A DNA stretch of 64,000 nt from the NCBI GenBank assembly GCA_000442015.1, contig KE561200.1, forward strand, positions 1 to 64,000. The letters run 5' to 3'. A program made the translations under genes and the position numbers. The notes below the pieces were generated by a model. That model did not search any database and was not told the origin of the DNA. It was given only the letters and a program-made list of their open reading frames with translations. Source of the stretch: Rozella allomycis CSF55. Taxonomy: Eukaryota. Shown here piece by piece: positions 23,709 through 34,655 of the stretch (its first letter is position 1; every line of letters begins with the position of its first letter).

Positions 23709-26338
23709 ATGAGTGGAATTTTGGATGGTTCATATATGCAATCTCTGTTTTCTGGAAAAGAGACTGAGCAAAACTGGCTCCAGCGTGATGAAGTTTTGCA
23801 AAAGCTTTGTCAAGAAGTGAGCCGAGATATTTTGCGCAATGAAATTTTGTACAACAATATAAAAAAGATATATGATGATCTTGTAATCAATGTAATAATA
23901 AGAAATAAATAATAAAAGTGTCAAAGTTTGAGAACACAGTTGTCTTTGAACACTTGTAATTTTGTGGTAGCCTTAACGGACAGTATTGGAAAGGAGTTTG
24001 AGGTATTTGTGGAGAATTCGTTTGTGAATCTTTTGAAGCTGTGTGGGTTAACGAAAAAGATTGTGAGCAATGCTGGATGCAATGCATTGAAGAAGATTAT
24101 TGAGAATACGCAGAGTGTGAAGGCGGTTAATTTGATTACGGTGGCGATGGGTGATAAGAATGCCACACTGAGATTAAAGGCAACAGAGTTGTTGACTTGT
24201 TGTCTTGAGAATTGTGAAGTGAACCAACTTGGGAGGAATTTAGAGATTATTGATAAAGCGATTAGAAAAGTTGTCAGTGATGCATCAAGCGATGTGAGGG
24301 GTGCTGCGAAGGAATTATTTAATATTTATTCAGACAAATTTCCCGCGAAAGCTGACGAGTAAAATTATGAAATTGATAAAATGAGATTGTTGAATAGTTT
24401 GGAGCCGCATTCGAAAAAGATGTTGAATTCTTTGACGAGCTCCAAGACAAAACTTTCGTCAAGAAAGAAATTGAATTTGTCGAAATCTAAATCGAATATT
24501 GGATTGAATGAAACTATGGATTCTCCTCCTGTTAGTGTTGACATGATTCCAGTTCAAATAGAGATAGCTGAGCCAGAAACTAATTTGATAAAACTGATGG
24601 AAAGCCAAGAATTTAGTTTAAATTTAGATAAATTGAAGCAAAGAGATTCAACGGTGAGGTTAGAAGGATTGAATTACTTCATCAATTCATTTTCACTTGT
24701 TGATTACCAAATTGATTCAGAAGCATTAAATGACAAACATTTTAATATTTTTATTAATTTTATGAATAATTTAAATGGTATTTTCAGTGATACTCATTTA
24801 CTTGTTCAACAAAGCTTAATTGATACCCTTGTTCACTACAACAACATTCTGTATGAGAATGAGGATATTTTACCATTTTCGCATGAGCACATTGAAAAAT
24901 GTTTTGTTTCGATTTTAAATGTTATTGGAGATCCGCGATATGAGCCTGTTCCTGGAATAATGGATGGTTCTAACAGAATCATTAATTACGCCAAAACAAA
25001 AAAGACTCGTTTGGAATTTCTTACAATGTTAACAAACATTTTATCTTCTTCTTCTTTAGCTAGACGATCAAACATTAAGAAAATGTTAATTGAAATGTTT
25101 ATGAGCATTGATGAAGAATCAAGAATGACATTTTTAAAAAATAAGATTAATATCCTTTTTGTATTTAAAATTTATTATTTTTTGGTGTTTTTTCTTGATT
25201 TCAAGTTTTAAGACATGGGTTACAAAGTTAGTTCCAAACCTTCAAGATTCCAATGAATCGTTTCAATCACAAATAATTTCTATTCTAAAATATTTAGAAA
25301 AAATAAATCCCAAAGAATTTTTAAATATTATGTCTGGTTTAGATCAAGGATTACAAAGTAAGCCTTTAGCAATGTGAAATAGAAAGGTTGTGTTAATTCA
25401 CTAATATTAGACATAAATGAAAGAGAAGAAGTAGAAAGAGAACCTTTAAAGGCAATAACGTTAGAAGAAGCTATTGAACCGTTAATAAAAAAGACTGGAA
25501 ATTTGAAACGTAAGAAAACTTAATTTCTAATTTAAAGTAACAAAAGAATTGTCAGCGTTAGAAATAATTCAAAAATTTTATTCAATGCAAGTCGCTGATG
25601 TTTTAACGATAGAAAAAATAATGAAACTTTCACGTGACAATGAATCTACAATTTGGACAAAACCAATCGTCATGAATGTTTTAAAAACAATCTTTCATGT
25701 TTTAGATGACAAAAAACGAGTACTTCGATTTCAAAATCTTACTGTAGAAATTTGATAATTTAATGAAAGAATGCAGTTTGGCAATTTTGAAACAATTAAT
25801 TTTAAACCAAACTGATTTTTTAACTGATCATGAAACTGAAATTCTTTCCAGAATAATGTATTGTAGAAATAGTAAATCTTTGGAAGTATTTTCTTTTCAT
25901 TCTTCTTAATAGATTTGCGCAATGTCTGAAGATTGTATTGAAGCGTTCATTCAAGTTATAGAGAAACGAATTTGCTTAAAATCTTTCTTCAAATTGTACA
26001 AAACTCCTTCTAAAGACATTCCAACCGCCGCCATCTTGTATTTAGCCAGAGTCACTAGNTAGGTATTATCCTTCAGATGAACTTGTACACGAAATGACCA
26101 AATTATCTCCCTTTATCGTTCAAGTACTATTCTCCATTTCAGTTAAAAGGGATTCAATAGTGAAAATGTCGAAACTAGAAAAGCTATTGTTGACTGTCTA
26201 GTCGAAATGTACCACGTTCTCGGTGACCATCTCTTCGACCATCTAGACCAACTAACAACTCCCCAAAAGAAACTACTCGTCATTTACATTGAAAGAATGA
26301 AATTAAGACCAACTAGTGGTGCAACAACTATATTTTAA
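23709..26338 (+). CDS. STU1: CLASP/Stu1 microtubule-associated TOG protein (multi-exon)
   Basis: FSGKETEQNWLQR, SLRTQLS, KLCGLTKKIV, DASSDVRGAAK; C-terminal ETRKAIVDCLVEMY...QKKLLVIYIER. Confidence 0.85.
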
Positions 26339-26387
26339 TAAACATTTTTCACTTTCCTTCCTAAACTGGGTTTTGAAATTTCTTAAA

Positions 26388-26819
26388 ATGAGCTACGCTA
26401 AAAGAGACGAAAAAGATACTATCATTTTCGTCACCCCAGAAGACTCTAAAATACTAGCAGACTCTGATAAACTAGAACAGGAAAACGATCAAGATAATGG
26501 CCATATGGGCGCTGTAAATGAAGAAACCGGCGAAATTAATTGGGATTGTCCGTGTCTCGCCGAAGCTATTAAACCACCGTGCGGAGAATTCTTTAAATCT
26601 GCATTCTCTTGCTTTGTCAATTCTAAATCAGAGCCTCAGGGGCAGGATTGCATAGATCATTTCATGGCAATGAAAGAATGCTATCAATCTTATCCAGAAA
26701 TATATCTAAAAGACGAAGATAATGAAACTGTAAATAATGAGGATTCTTCCAATACAAATAATGATGAAGCATCCGCTCTGGACAATTCTGATGAATCTTC
26801 TGTAACATCGACTCAATAA
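26388..26819 (+). CDS. MIA40: Mitochondrial IMS oxidoreductase Mia40/CHCHD4
   Basis: GEINWDCPCL, twin CX9C (CGEFFKSAFSC; CIDHFMAMKEC), YPEIY; N-terminus KDTIIFVTPED. Confidence 0.95.
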   Translation: MSYAKRDEKDTIIFVTPEDSKILADSDKLEQENDQDNGHMGAVNEETGEINWDCPCLAEAIKPPCGEFFKSAFSCFVNSKSEPQGQDCIDHFMAMKECYQSYPEIYLKDEDNETVNNEDSSNTNNDEASALDNSDESSVTSTQ

Positions 26820-26936
26820 ATTCTACACCATTTTTAAAATAATAGACTTGATCTACAAATTAATCTTTAGTGCGCTGCCAGTTGGCATCGCCCGATTTCG
26901 CATTTACCAATACATACACCCCTGTCATATATACAA

Positions 26937-27206
26937 ATGTCGGCACGACGCGTAAAGGAAGCAGTGGAAGCGATTGAAAACCATTATGGCCAAGGGAACC
27001 CAGTTGATTGGAATTCTTCAGCGTCCAAGGAAATGGAAACAACGCCATGCTGGTTTTTCATGAAACAAATTGTTGATTGTTACAATACTTCTAAACGGCC
27101 AGGAAAAGAATGCATAAACTTTGTTAAACAAGCAAGAGTCTGTTGCGTTTTACACTCAGATTGTAGCAACTGCCCAGCCCCATTTATGGAAGTTCCAGCA
27201 GAATAA
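26937..27206 (+). CDS. Twin-CX9C protein, putative divergent Mia40 paralog lacking CPC
   Basis: C-WFFMKQIVD-C and C-INFVKQARV-C; VDWNSSASKEMETTPC aligns without gaps to Mia40 INWDCPCLAEAIKPPC. Confidence 0.65.
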   Translation: MSARRVKEAVEAIENHYGQGNPVDWNSSASKEMETTPCWFFMKQIVDCYNTSKRPGKECINFVKQARVCCVLHSDCSNCPAPFMEVPAE

Positions 27207-27261
27207 AAGATGGATTTCATCACTCCTAGAATGCGAATCTAGTTATTTGTAATTGAATTTA

Positions 27262-28282
27262 TTAATGCTTTTCTGATCTTTTTCGTTTTTCGTGTTTTTG
27301 GTTGCCCCGCTCGGCTCTTTCCTTTGATCGAGATCTATTAAAAATCCTTTCAAGCAAAAGCTCTTTTCTGAGTTTATCTAAAGAGAACTCATTAAAAACA
27401 GAGGCGAATAGGACTTTGGAATCACACTTGCGATATAACGAAAGATCCTATTAATAAACATTGTGAGTTATTACTTGATACACACTTTCTGCAACACATG
27501 CCAAGTCGAAAGGATGAACCAAATCGCATTTAGTTAAAATCACTTGAAAATATACTTTGTGACTAATATAACATTTACATTTAAATTGGTACTAGTCTAG
27601 AAGATTAAAGAATATGTGATCTTGATATTTGAGGCCGTGTCTCGCATCCACCAAGAGAAAGAGCTTCCTGAGAGACTTTCGCTGACAATATGACATTATC
27701 TATAACAAAGCTCAAGAAACATTACCAATTCAGGCCATTTATTCTTCACTCCTTCTTCTGCTAGCGCAAAACCATATCCAGGCATGTCTACAAAATTAAC
27801 TTGGTCTGATAATTTGTAGAAATCAATGGTCCTTGTAAAACCCGGNATTTGTAGAAATCAATAGTCCTTGTAAAACCCGGTATATCACTATATGGGGCCA
27901 CGTTTCGCACACCAGTTAATGCATTAATCAAGCGACTTTTACCCACATTTGAGCGCCCAAGAAATGCAACTTCAGATACTTCGCAAGGAGGAAACTCTTG
28001 TGGTGATGAACATGACTTTAACAGTGATATTTTTCGAGGCAAGTAGAAAAGGTCCTTGTCTTTCTCAAGGGCTTTTTTATATGCAATCTCTGTCTTTTTA
28101 TTTCTTTGGCCTAAAAAGTAGCGGTCAATGTAGCTCTGTAAACTTAGAGAAGGATTGAGGTCGCTGGGACTTGCAGTTTTGACTGGAGGAGGCAATAATA
28201 AACTCTTGACCCATTCTTGGAACGGTGTGTTTCCGTGTGGTGTCTTTATAAAATTTGCAACTTTAATTGCCTTAACTGGCAT
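27262..28282 (-). CDS. EngB/YihA-family GTPase (GTPBP8/Mrx8-like)
   Basis: EVAFLGRSNVGKSRLINAL, PGFTRTIDFY, DMPGYGFA, LLVDARHGL, LTKCD. Confidence 0.9.
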
Positions 28283-28420
28283 TTGAAATTTTACTGGAAT
28301 ATTTAGGTCAAAAAACAATAAACTGAGTAAAAATTTGAATTTAATTCCTTTTTGAAATGAATGCTAACGATGGACTAAAATAGATTGAAGTCACGGGAGA
28401 CAATAAGTGGCTGAGATCAA

Positions 28421-29255
28421 ATGGATTTGTTTGAAACTTATGAGCAAGATTATACCGCTATTTCAACGAATTTATCAAGAAAACTTAAAACTACAGATTT
28501 ATCAAACTTGACTGGAGGTATATTATCTTTATTGATTGTATAGATCAAAGGAGGTCATTTTTAAAGGGTTTAGAGAAAGATGTGAGAGACGCGGAAGGCG
28601 TGGTAGGATTATATTATCTCAATTATCAAGGTTGGTAAAATGCAAATGGAGATATCCGGAATGGTCCCTTCTCAGAAGCAAAAGTGCCAACCAAAATTTA
28701 AAAATTATCAAATGGACTTTGAAAACTTAAAAAAAGATTATGTAAATAGAGACTTTGTGTTGAACTAGAAAATTGTCGCGAATAACTTAAAAGAGGTTGG
28801 CCATAGAGATGAATTGTTTCAAGGCGGCGAAAAAGACCTAGACTCTGTTTCTTACGACCAAAGACAAAAATTACTAAGGGGCACTGAAAGATTAGAAAAG
28901 AATAGCAAGCAGTTAGATCATGTTATTAACATAGCTAATGAAACACGTAATGTTTGGCCTATTTCAAAATTGTAGAGGATATTGGAGCATCTATAATGAA
29001 CAATTTAAGGTCACAAAGAGAGCAAATAGAGAACGCCACTAGAAGAGTAATGTTTACTAATCTATAATTATAGGTTCAAGATACTGATACCAGCTTAGAT
29101 AGATCCAATAGAATCCTCAAAGGGATGGCTAGAAGGTAATTAATAAAATGATTGCAGAAAGAATGAAAACAAACAAAGCAATAACTGCATTAATTATTCT
29201 TATACTGGTTGTTACAATTGTAATTGTTATTTTATCGAAACTCGGTTTGTTATGA
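28421..29255 (+). CDS. VTI1: Qb-SNARE Vti1 (multi-exon)
   Basis: MDLFETYEQDY..., DQRQKLLRGTERLE, ANET|EDIGASIMNNLRSQREQI, C-terminal TM. Confidence 0.9.
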
Positions 29256-29302
29256 CGATTTATTAATAAATACAACGAAAAAAATACTTAATCTTATTTT
29301 TT

Positions 29303-30398
29303 CTATCGCCTTTTTATCCTTCTTATATCGTATAATGTCAAGTTTGTCAAGTCGCGTCTAGGTCTCGGGTAAGAATACGATCGAATCGGCTTGAAACTCT
29401 TGCTACTCTCTGACAAATTCAAAACAGAATATCCAGACGATGGTATATATGCTAGATAAGGTTCTAATTGCTCTCTATACTCCATGAATGGCGATTAATC
29501 CTTTTACCTGAAAACCGTTTAGACAATCTGTCTTTGATAATAGATCGATGATTTCACTGAGAACATGAACTTCTGAAATAAAGGAAATCATATTCTCTAA
29601 AAGAAATAAATTAAAAAGCCCGGAATCGATACCAGAGGTTACTATAACATCCTAGTAAATTACTTCATGATTGCGTACATAAGGTTTTAGCAGGGTAGGG
29701 TCCGTCTTGCTTTTATATAAAATTTTACCAAGTGCATGAAAAATCGCCAAAGTATTATCCTTCCCTATCGACAATACTGTTTTAGTATTCGGTAAAAGTG
29801 ACAAAAACTCATAGTTAATTTTAGCCGATCGCAAATCACCACAATTCATGACAGCTTCAAAATACTTATTTTTTCCCGATTTAATTCCAAGATATCTCTT
29901 TAGAAATGTTTGAGCGACAGCATTGAATTTTATTTCTAAATGCTCCAAAGGCGTAACTGAAGAGACAACATTTACATGATCAGGGATAATGAAAACAATT
30001 TTCGAGCATGAAGTCTTTTCGGAAAATCTCTTTAAAACGGTTTGAAATGTGATGTTTGATGTATTCATCCAATTCAAATCGATATCATCCACAACGATTA
30101 TACATTTTTTATGGTTTCGAATGAGATCTGTCAAAATTTCGCTAAACTGATTTTCTATAAATTATTTTCAATTTTTTTACTGTTGAAAAAGGGATTGAAT
30201 GTTGTAAGGTCGTAGTGAAGTTCCAGTGATAAAATAGAGATTGAATATGATCTTCCTACGCCAGAAGTACCACTTAAAAATATGAGATTGGTTGTTTCTT
30301 GCAAAAGCGCAGCTCTTACTTGTTCTATTTTGGATGGATTTATATGATACATCCAGTGGCTTGGGAAGTTGGAGCACCCAATAGTCCCCATTGATCAT
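29303..30398 (-). CDS. RAD17: Divergent checkpoint clamp loader Rad17/Rad24
   Basis: KIEQVRAAL, LSGTSGVGRS (Walker A variant), IIVVDD, IKFNAVAQTFLKRYL, GDLRSAKIN, KDNTLAIFHALGKILYK. Confidence 0.8.
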
Positions 30399-30679
30399 TA
30401 TTTATTCATTTTGCGATTTTAAAGATTTGAATCCTCCTTGGTGATTTTGACGATGTGGATCCCTCATCCTTAATAAATACGATTATTCAAAATAACTGTA
30501 TATATTTAAAATATAAAAAAAAAGAATTTCCTTAAACTTTTACGTTCCTGCCTTTTTTTCTTTGCAATGATGACTTTAACATAAAAATCCTTGTGATTGA
30601 ACATTTCCACCCATCAGATCTTTATGTGGTTAAAATCTGATTTTCAACCGCAAAGCTACTTTCTGTGCCCATGAAACGG

Positions 30680-31370
30680 CAGAATCATGAAACCCCCCCC
30701 CAAAGCATCAAACATAAGAGGAATAAACCCTGCTCCGCTTGCTGGAATAGTGCATTTACTCCTTTTGATGTGCTCACGCAACCCTTAATGTTGCTGTGAT
30801 TATTGATTAAAAAGGAAGAGAAATACAGCGAAGAACTTGCAGCGTTAAATTGATCATCCGGATACAAATCACGTACTACAGCAGCGGCAACACGCACAAT
30901 TTCATTGTGCCTTTCAATACATTCAATACCAAGAGCAAACTGGGCAACTAAAACTTTGTTGTTGGTAAGTCCCAAACGTAAACTAAGAGCAGCCGAAAAT
31001 ACCAATAGCAACACCCAAACTTTTAATTCAAAAAAGCACAAGAGTGATTGATAGAAACTGGGTGGAGGCGAGATTTTTCACGATCATTTAAAGACGTGGA
31101 CATGAGACTTATTTTAATTGGTGCGGGAATGCATCGCGTTAAAAAATGCTGCGGTTTTCACCAAGATTGTTAGCTCTTTTTATATCTTTTGGAAAATGTC
31201 GCGTTTGCAAATATATTTCACACTTCGAGTTGTTTACACCGAGACCCATTTTTGGGCCTTCCTCAGCAATAAGATCGAAAACTTCTTTAACATTATGGGA
31301 AGGACCAATAATGGTACCACCATCTAAGTAGCATGCGTTAATTAACAATTTAGACATTGGGCATTAATTC
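30680..31370 (-). mobile_element. Decayed RLE-type (CRE-like) non-LTR retrotransposon fragment
   Basis: RT segment ACYLDGGTIIG...GLGVNNSKCE (YLDD changed to YLDG), then across frameshifts DREKSRL..., FSAALSLRLGL, IERHNEIVR and FIPLMFDALGG. Confidence 0.75.
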
Positions 31371-31657
31371 TTTCTACGGGTCACAAGTCAGAAATCCTGA
31401 CAGACGAAAATGCCATCAGTGAAGTCTGGATATTATTGTGTTCTTATTCCTTTTCAAATTTATTAGATTTAATAGTTTTTTCAAGGTGATTTTGTTTTCG
31501 ACTATTGATTTCCACTTCCTTACTTTTTATAGATCTGAATTTTCAGATCTTTTGTCAAGGGTTGGAAATTGGAATTCGAAATTTCGTATTCATTCTTGTT
31601 TGTTTGTTAATAAATTTCAATTCGATTTGTTTGTTTATATTTCGTCGCGCCAAAATC

Positions 31658-34309
31658 ATGTCTTCAAATCCTACCACAAGTGTACCTCCTAACGTGAATG
31701 GCCCTATTTCAGGCTGCTTTAAAATTGTTCTTGAAGAATACGATTGGCTGAACTTTCCGAATGAAGACAAAAAGTATGCAGGACCAATGACACCTAAAAT
31801 GGCACCCGAATGCACATTTCTCTGGTGGGGCGAGTCTGAGTCAATGGGAACCACCCTTGCACCGAAATCGCCCAAGAGATTCAAGTCAAGTGGGCCCAAA
31901 TTTTTTGATTCGGTTGACTACCAAATACGATACAAACGAGGTGACTTTAAGCGTTACTTGAAGGACATGGGAGAACTTTACATTAACGTTATGGAAAGGA
32001 AATCTAAAACAGAGTGTTGGATGGTCCTCAATGGTCTTGCGGAGGTGTGCACCAAAGGCGAGTTTTCCAAAGTTCTCCCTATTTTTTTGAAGCGCCGAAC
32101 GGGATTTAAGAGCAATATTCCTTACATTATCGGTCATTGCAAGGTTTACGTGAGTGCTCTTTTCACTAACGGAAAAGATGAAAAGCTCATGGTAATGACT
32201 TGCTCCATGATTAATCTAGATTGACCAAAGTAGAAATGATGATGTGACAGTAAACGTTGGAAAAGTGAAAAATGATGCAATTGAGAGTGGTTGTGCCGAG
32301 GCGGGAATGAAGGACATTATTGATGAGGTTAAAGTTGACACTATGAAAGAAACTGAATCCCCCCTGAGACTGGAGGCCAACAAACCGGATATGACTAGTC
32401 CGAGTATTTGCTCTCTTGTATCTTCTACACCATCCAAATACACTGATTCCAAGATTGAAGACAAACCATACAAAATTGAAGAAAACGTAAAGAATGATGA
32501 TGCCTGCTCTGATTATGTCTTTATAGTAATGCCTTCCCATGTGGTTTATATAGAATAACCAAAATACGATGAGCAATAATAGTGCGGAAGATGAGACTGA
32601 AAATCCCGTGAAACATGTGGCAGCGACTGCAATCAAGGATACTATTAATCAAGTTAAATGTGAATGCATAAAAGAAGATGTAAACAATAGAAACGAGAGT
32701 AATCCTGAACTTAAAATGTGTTCCCTTGTATCGTCGACATCATCCAAATGTACTGATGCCAATAATCATGAAACCGTAAAGAAGGATAATAATAGTATTG
32801 AATATATGGTTAATCGCGCCAAAGAATTAAAAGAAATGATATTTGGGCGTTTGTCGTCGCTTCAGAAAATAGCAGAGGATAGACTTGAAATTGATGATAA
32901 TGAAGATTATATCAGCGATGCAGGTTCAAGTTCCGCGCTGAGTTCTATTTCATTAGTGGATAGAGAAGTTGATATGTTGGATATTGGAAATAGTTCAAGA
33001 ATAAATAGCTTTGAAAAACGATCAGCAGACTATGAATCTATTGATGATGCCTCAATGATTGAAAATGAAATCCAGCCGTTAGAGATAAAGAGCATTGAAG
33101 AGAAATTAATGAAACAAGATAAAGTTAAGGATATGACAGGTGTGACGGTGAATAAGCAGGAACATAATGCGTTTGATCGGACGGAAATTATAAAAATAGC
33201 AATGATGAAAAAAGATAAAAATGATGACTTAGTATTGCAGACTAACCATCAAATGTATGTCAAGGAAGACAATAAACTAGATTTAATTTTGAACGAAGAG
33301 AACGACAATGAAACAATATCGCCAGTGTTAATTGCACGGAAAGTAGATACAAGAAAAGAAAACGAAAATATAGAAAACAACGAAACAAAAGTTTGGACTA
33401 TAAAAATGAAGCAAGCTGATTTACCAAAAGGAAGAATATATTTTACGCCAAACGGAGAAAAAATTGTCGAAAAAATAGGTCAAGTGGACCAATTTACACA
33501 AGCTGATGACCATAACCCACAATCTATTAATAGAAATCACAAGCCACAATGTAAAAATAGATCTGCAGAAAGAGGAAAATTCTTTAATGTACGAATTGAA
33601 GGGGCACAAAACTTGCCAAATATTAAATTCAAATTATTCCCAAATTGTAAAGTCAAAATTGGGAATCGCATTACCAAAGTTATCATGAATAAAGAAAACC
33701 CAACATGGAATGCTAGTTTTGACATTCATCAAAAATCATCTCGTTTGGAGTTTTGTATTTATCATGAAGACGATGAAGATTATTTGATAGGAAAATGCAA
33801 AGTGGAAACATCCTTGTTACAAAATGAAATTTACGGATGGTACAATATTATAGATTTTAAAGGATGCATTCAAGGTCAACTCTTGCTAAGAATCTTACCT
33901 TTGAGCTGCCAAAATATTTCTTCTTCTGTATGTGAGGCAAAATTCAGCATCGTAAATGCCACTGATGAAAACGACCCTAAAATACATGATATGGAAACTC
34001 GGTCTACTGCCGATAAAAGTAAGTGCAAATTGCATAATTGAAATAGTCTTTGTGAAAACATTAATCAAAGAAGCCTGTGAAAATTCCAATATTTGGAATC
34101 AATGTTTTTCTCCCACTCCACGCTCATCCCCATGTGGAACTAAAAAAGGCCATGATCTTCAAAAACATAAGGTATTAAAGAATCATAAAATTAAAAAGAA
34201 TTTCATTCCCAAAAATATTCTCTCAAGATATTCCTATAAATCAAAACCCCCAAGAGGCCCAGCGATGAATCAATTTACGACCGCACTAAAAGATCTTAAT
34301 TATAAATAA
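31658..34309 (+). CDS. C2CD3: C2CD3-like centriolar C2-domain protein (4 exons; introns 32192-32219, 32526-32553, 34019-34046)
   Basis: N-terminal SVPPNVNGPISGCFKI...LWWGES...FKRYLKDMGEL and a C2 domain ending GWYNIIDFKGCIQGQL, both resembling C2CD3 domains; three 28-nt GT-AG introns join the four ORFs in frame. Confidence 0.75.
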
Positions 34310-34655
34310 ATACAAATTTTGGAAAAAACACTATTGACGTTTTATTATTCTGTGATGATTGGGGACTCGGCTTTAGTACCAAAAATTGGGACAACATAGA
34401 AATAACATAATATTGATTCACTATAAATAGATTCAAGTTACAATAACACATTTTGATAAAATTAATCTCAAAACACGATCATAGCTTTTTCTATTTTTTT
34501 AATGAGTTAAAGAATGTATTTATTGAGTACGTTTTTCTTCAAAACTTCAAGAGCGTAGGAATGTGCCATGAGGATTTCTATTTCTTCGTTCGAAGGCTTC
34601 CCTATGTAATTTCTCTATATCAAAAGCTTAAAGTTTTAAAGAAACCCTTGTCAGT

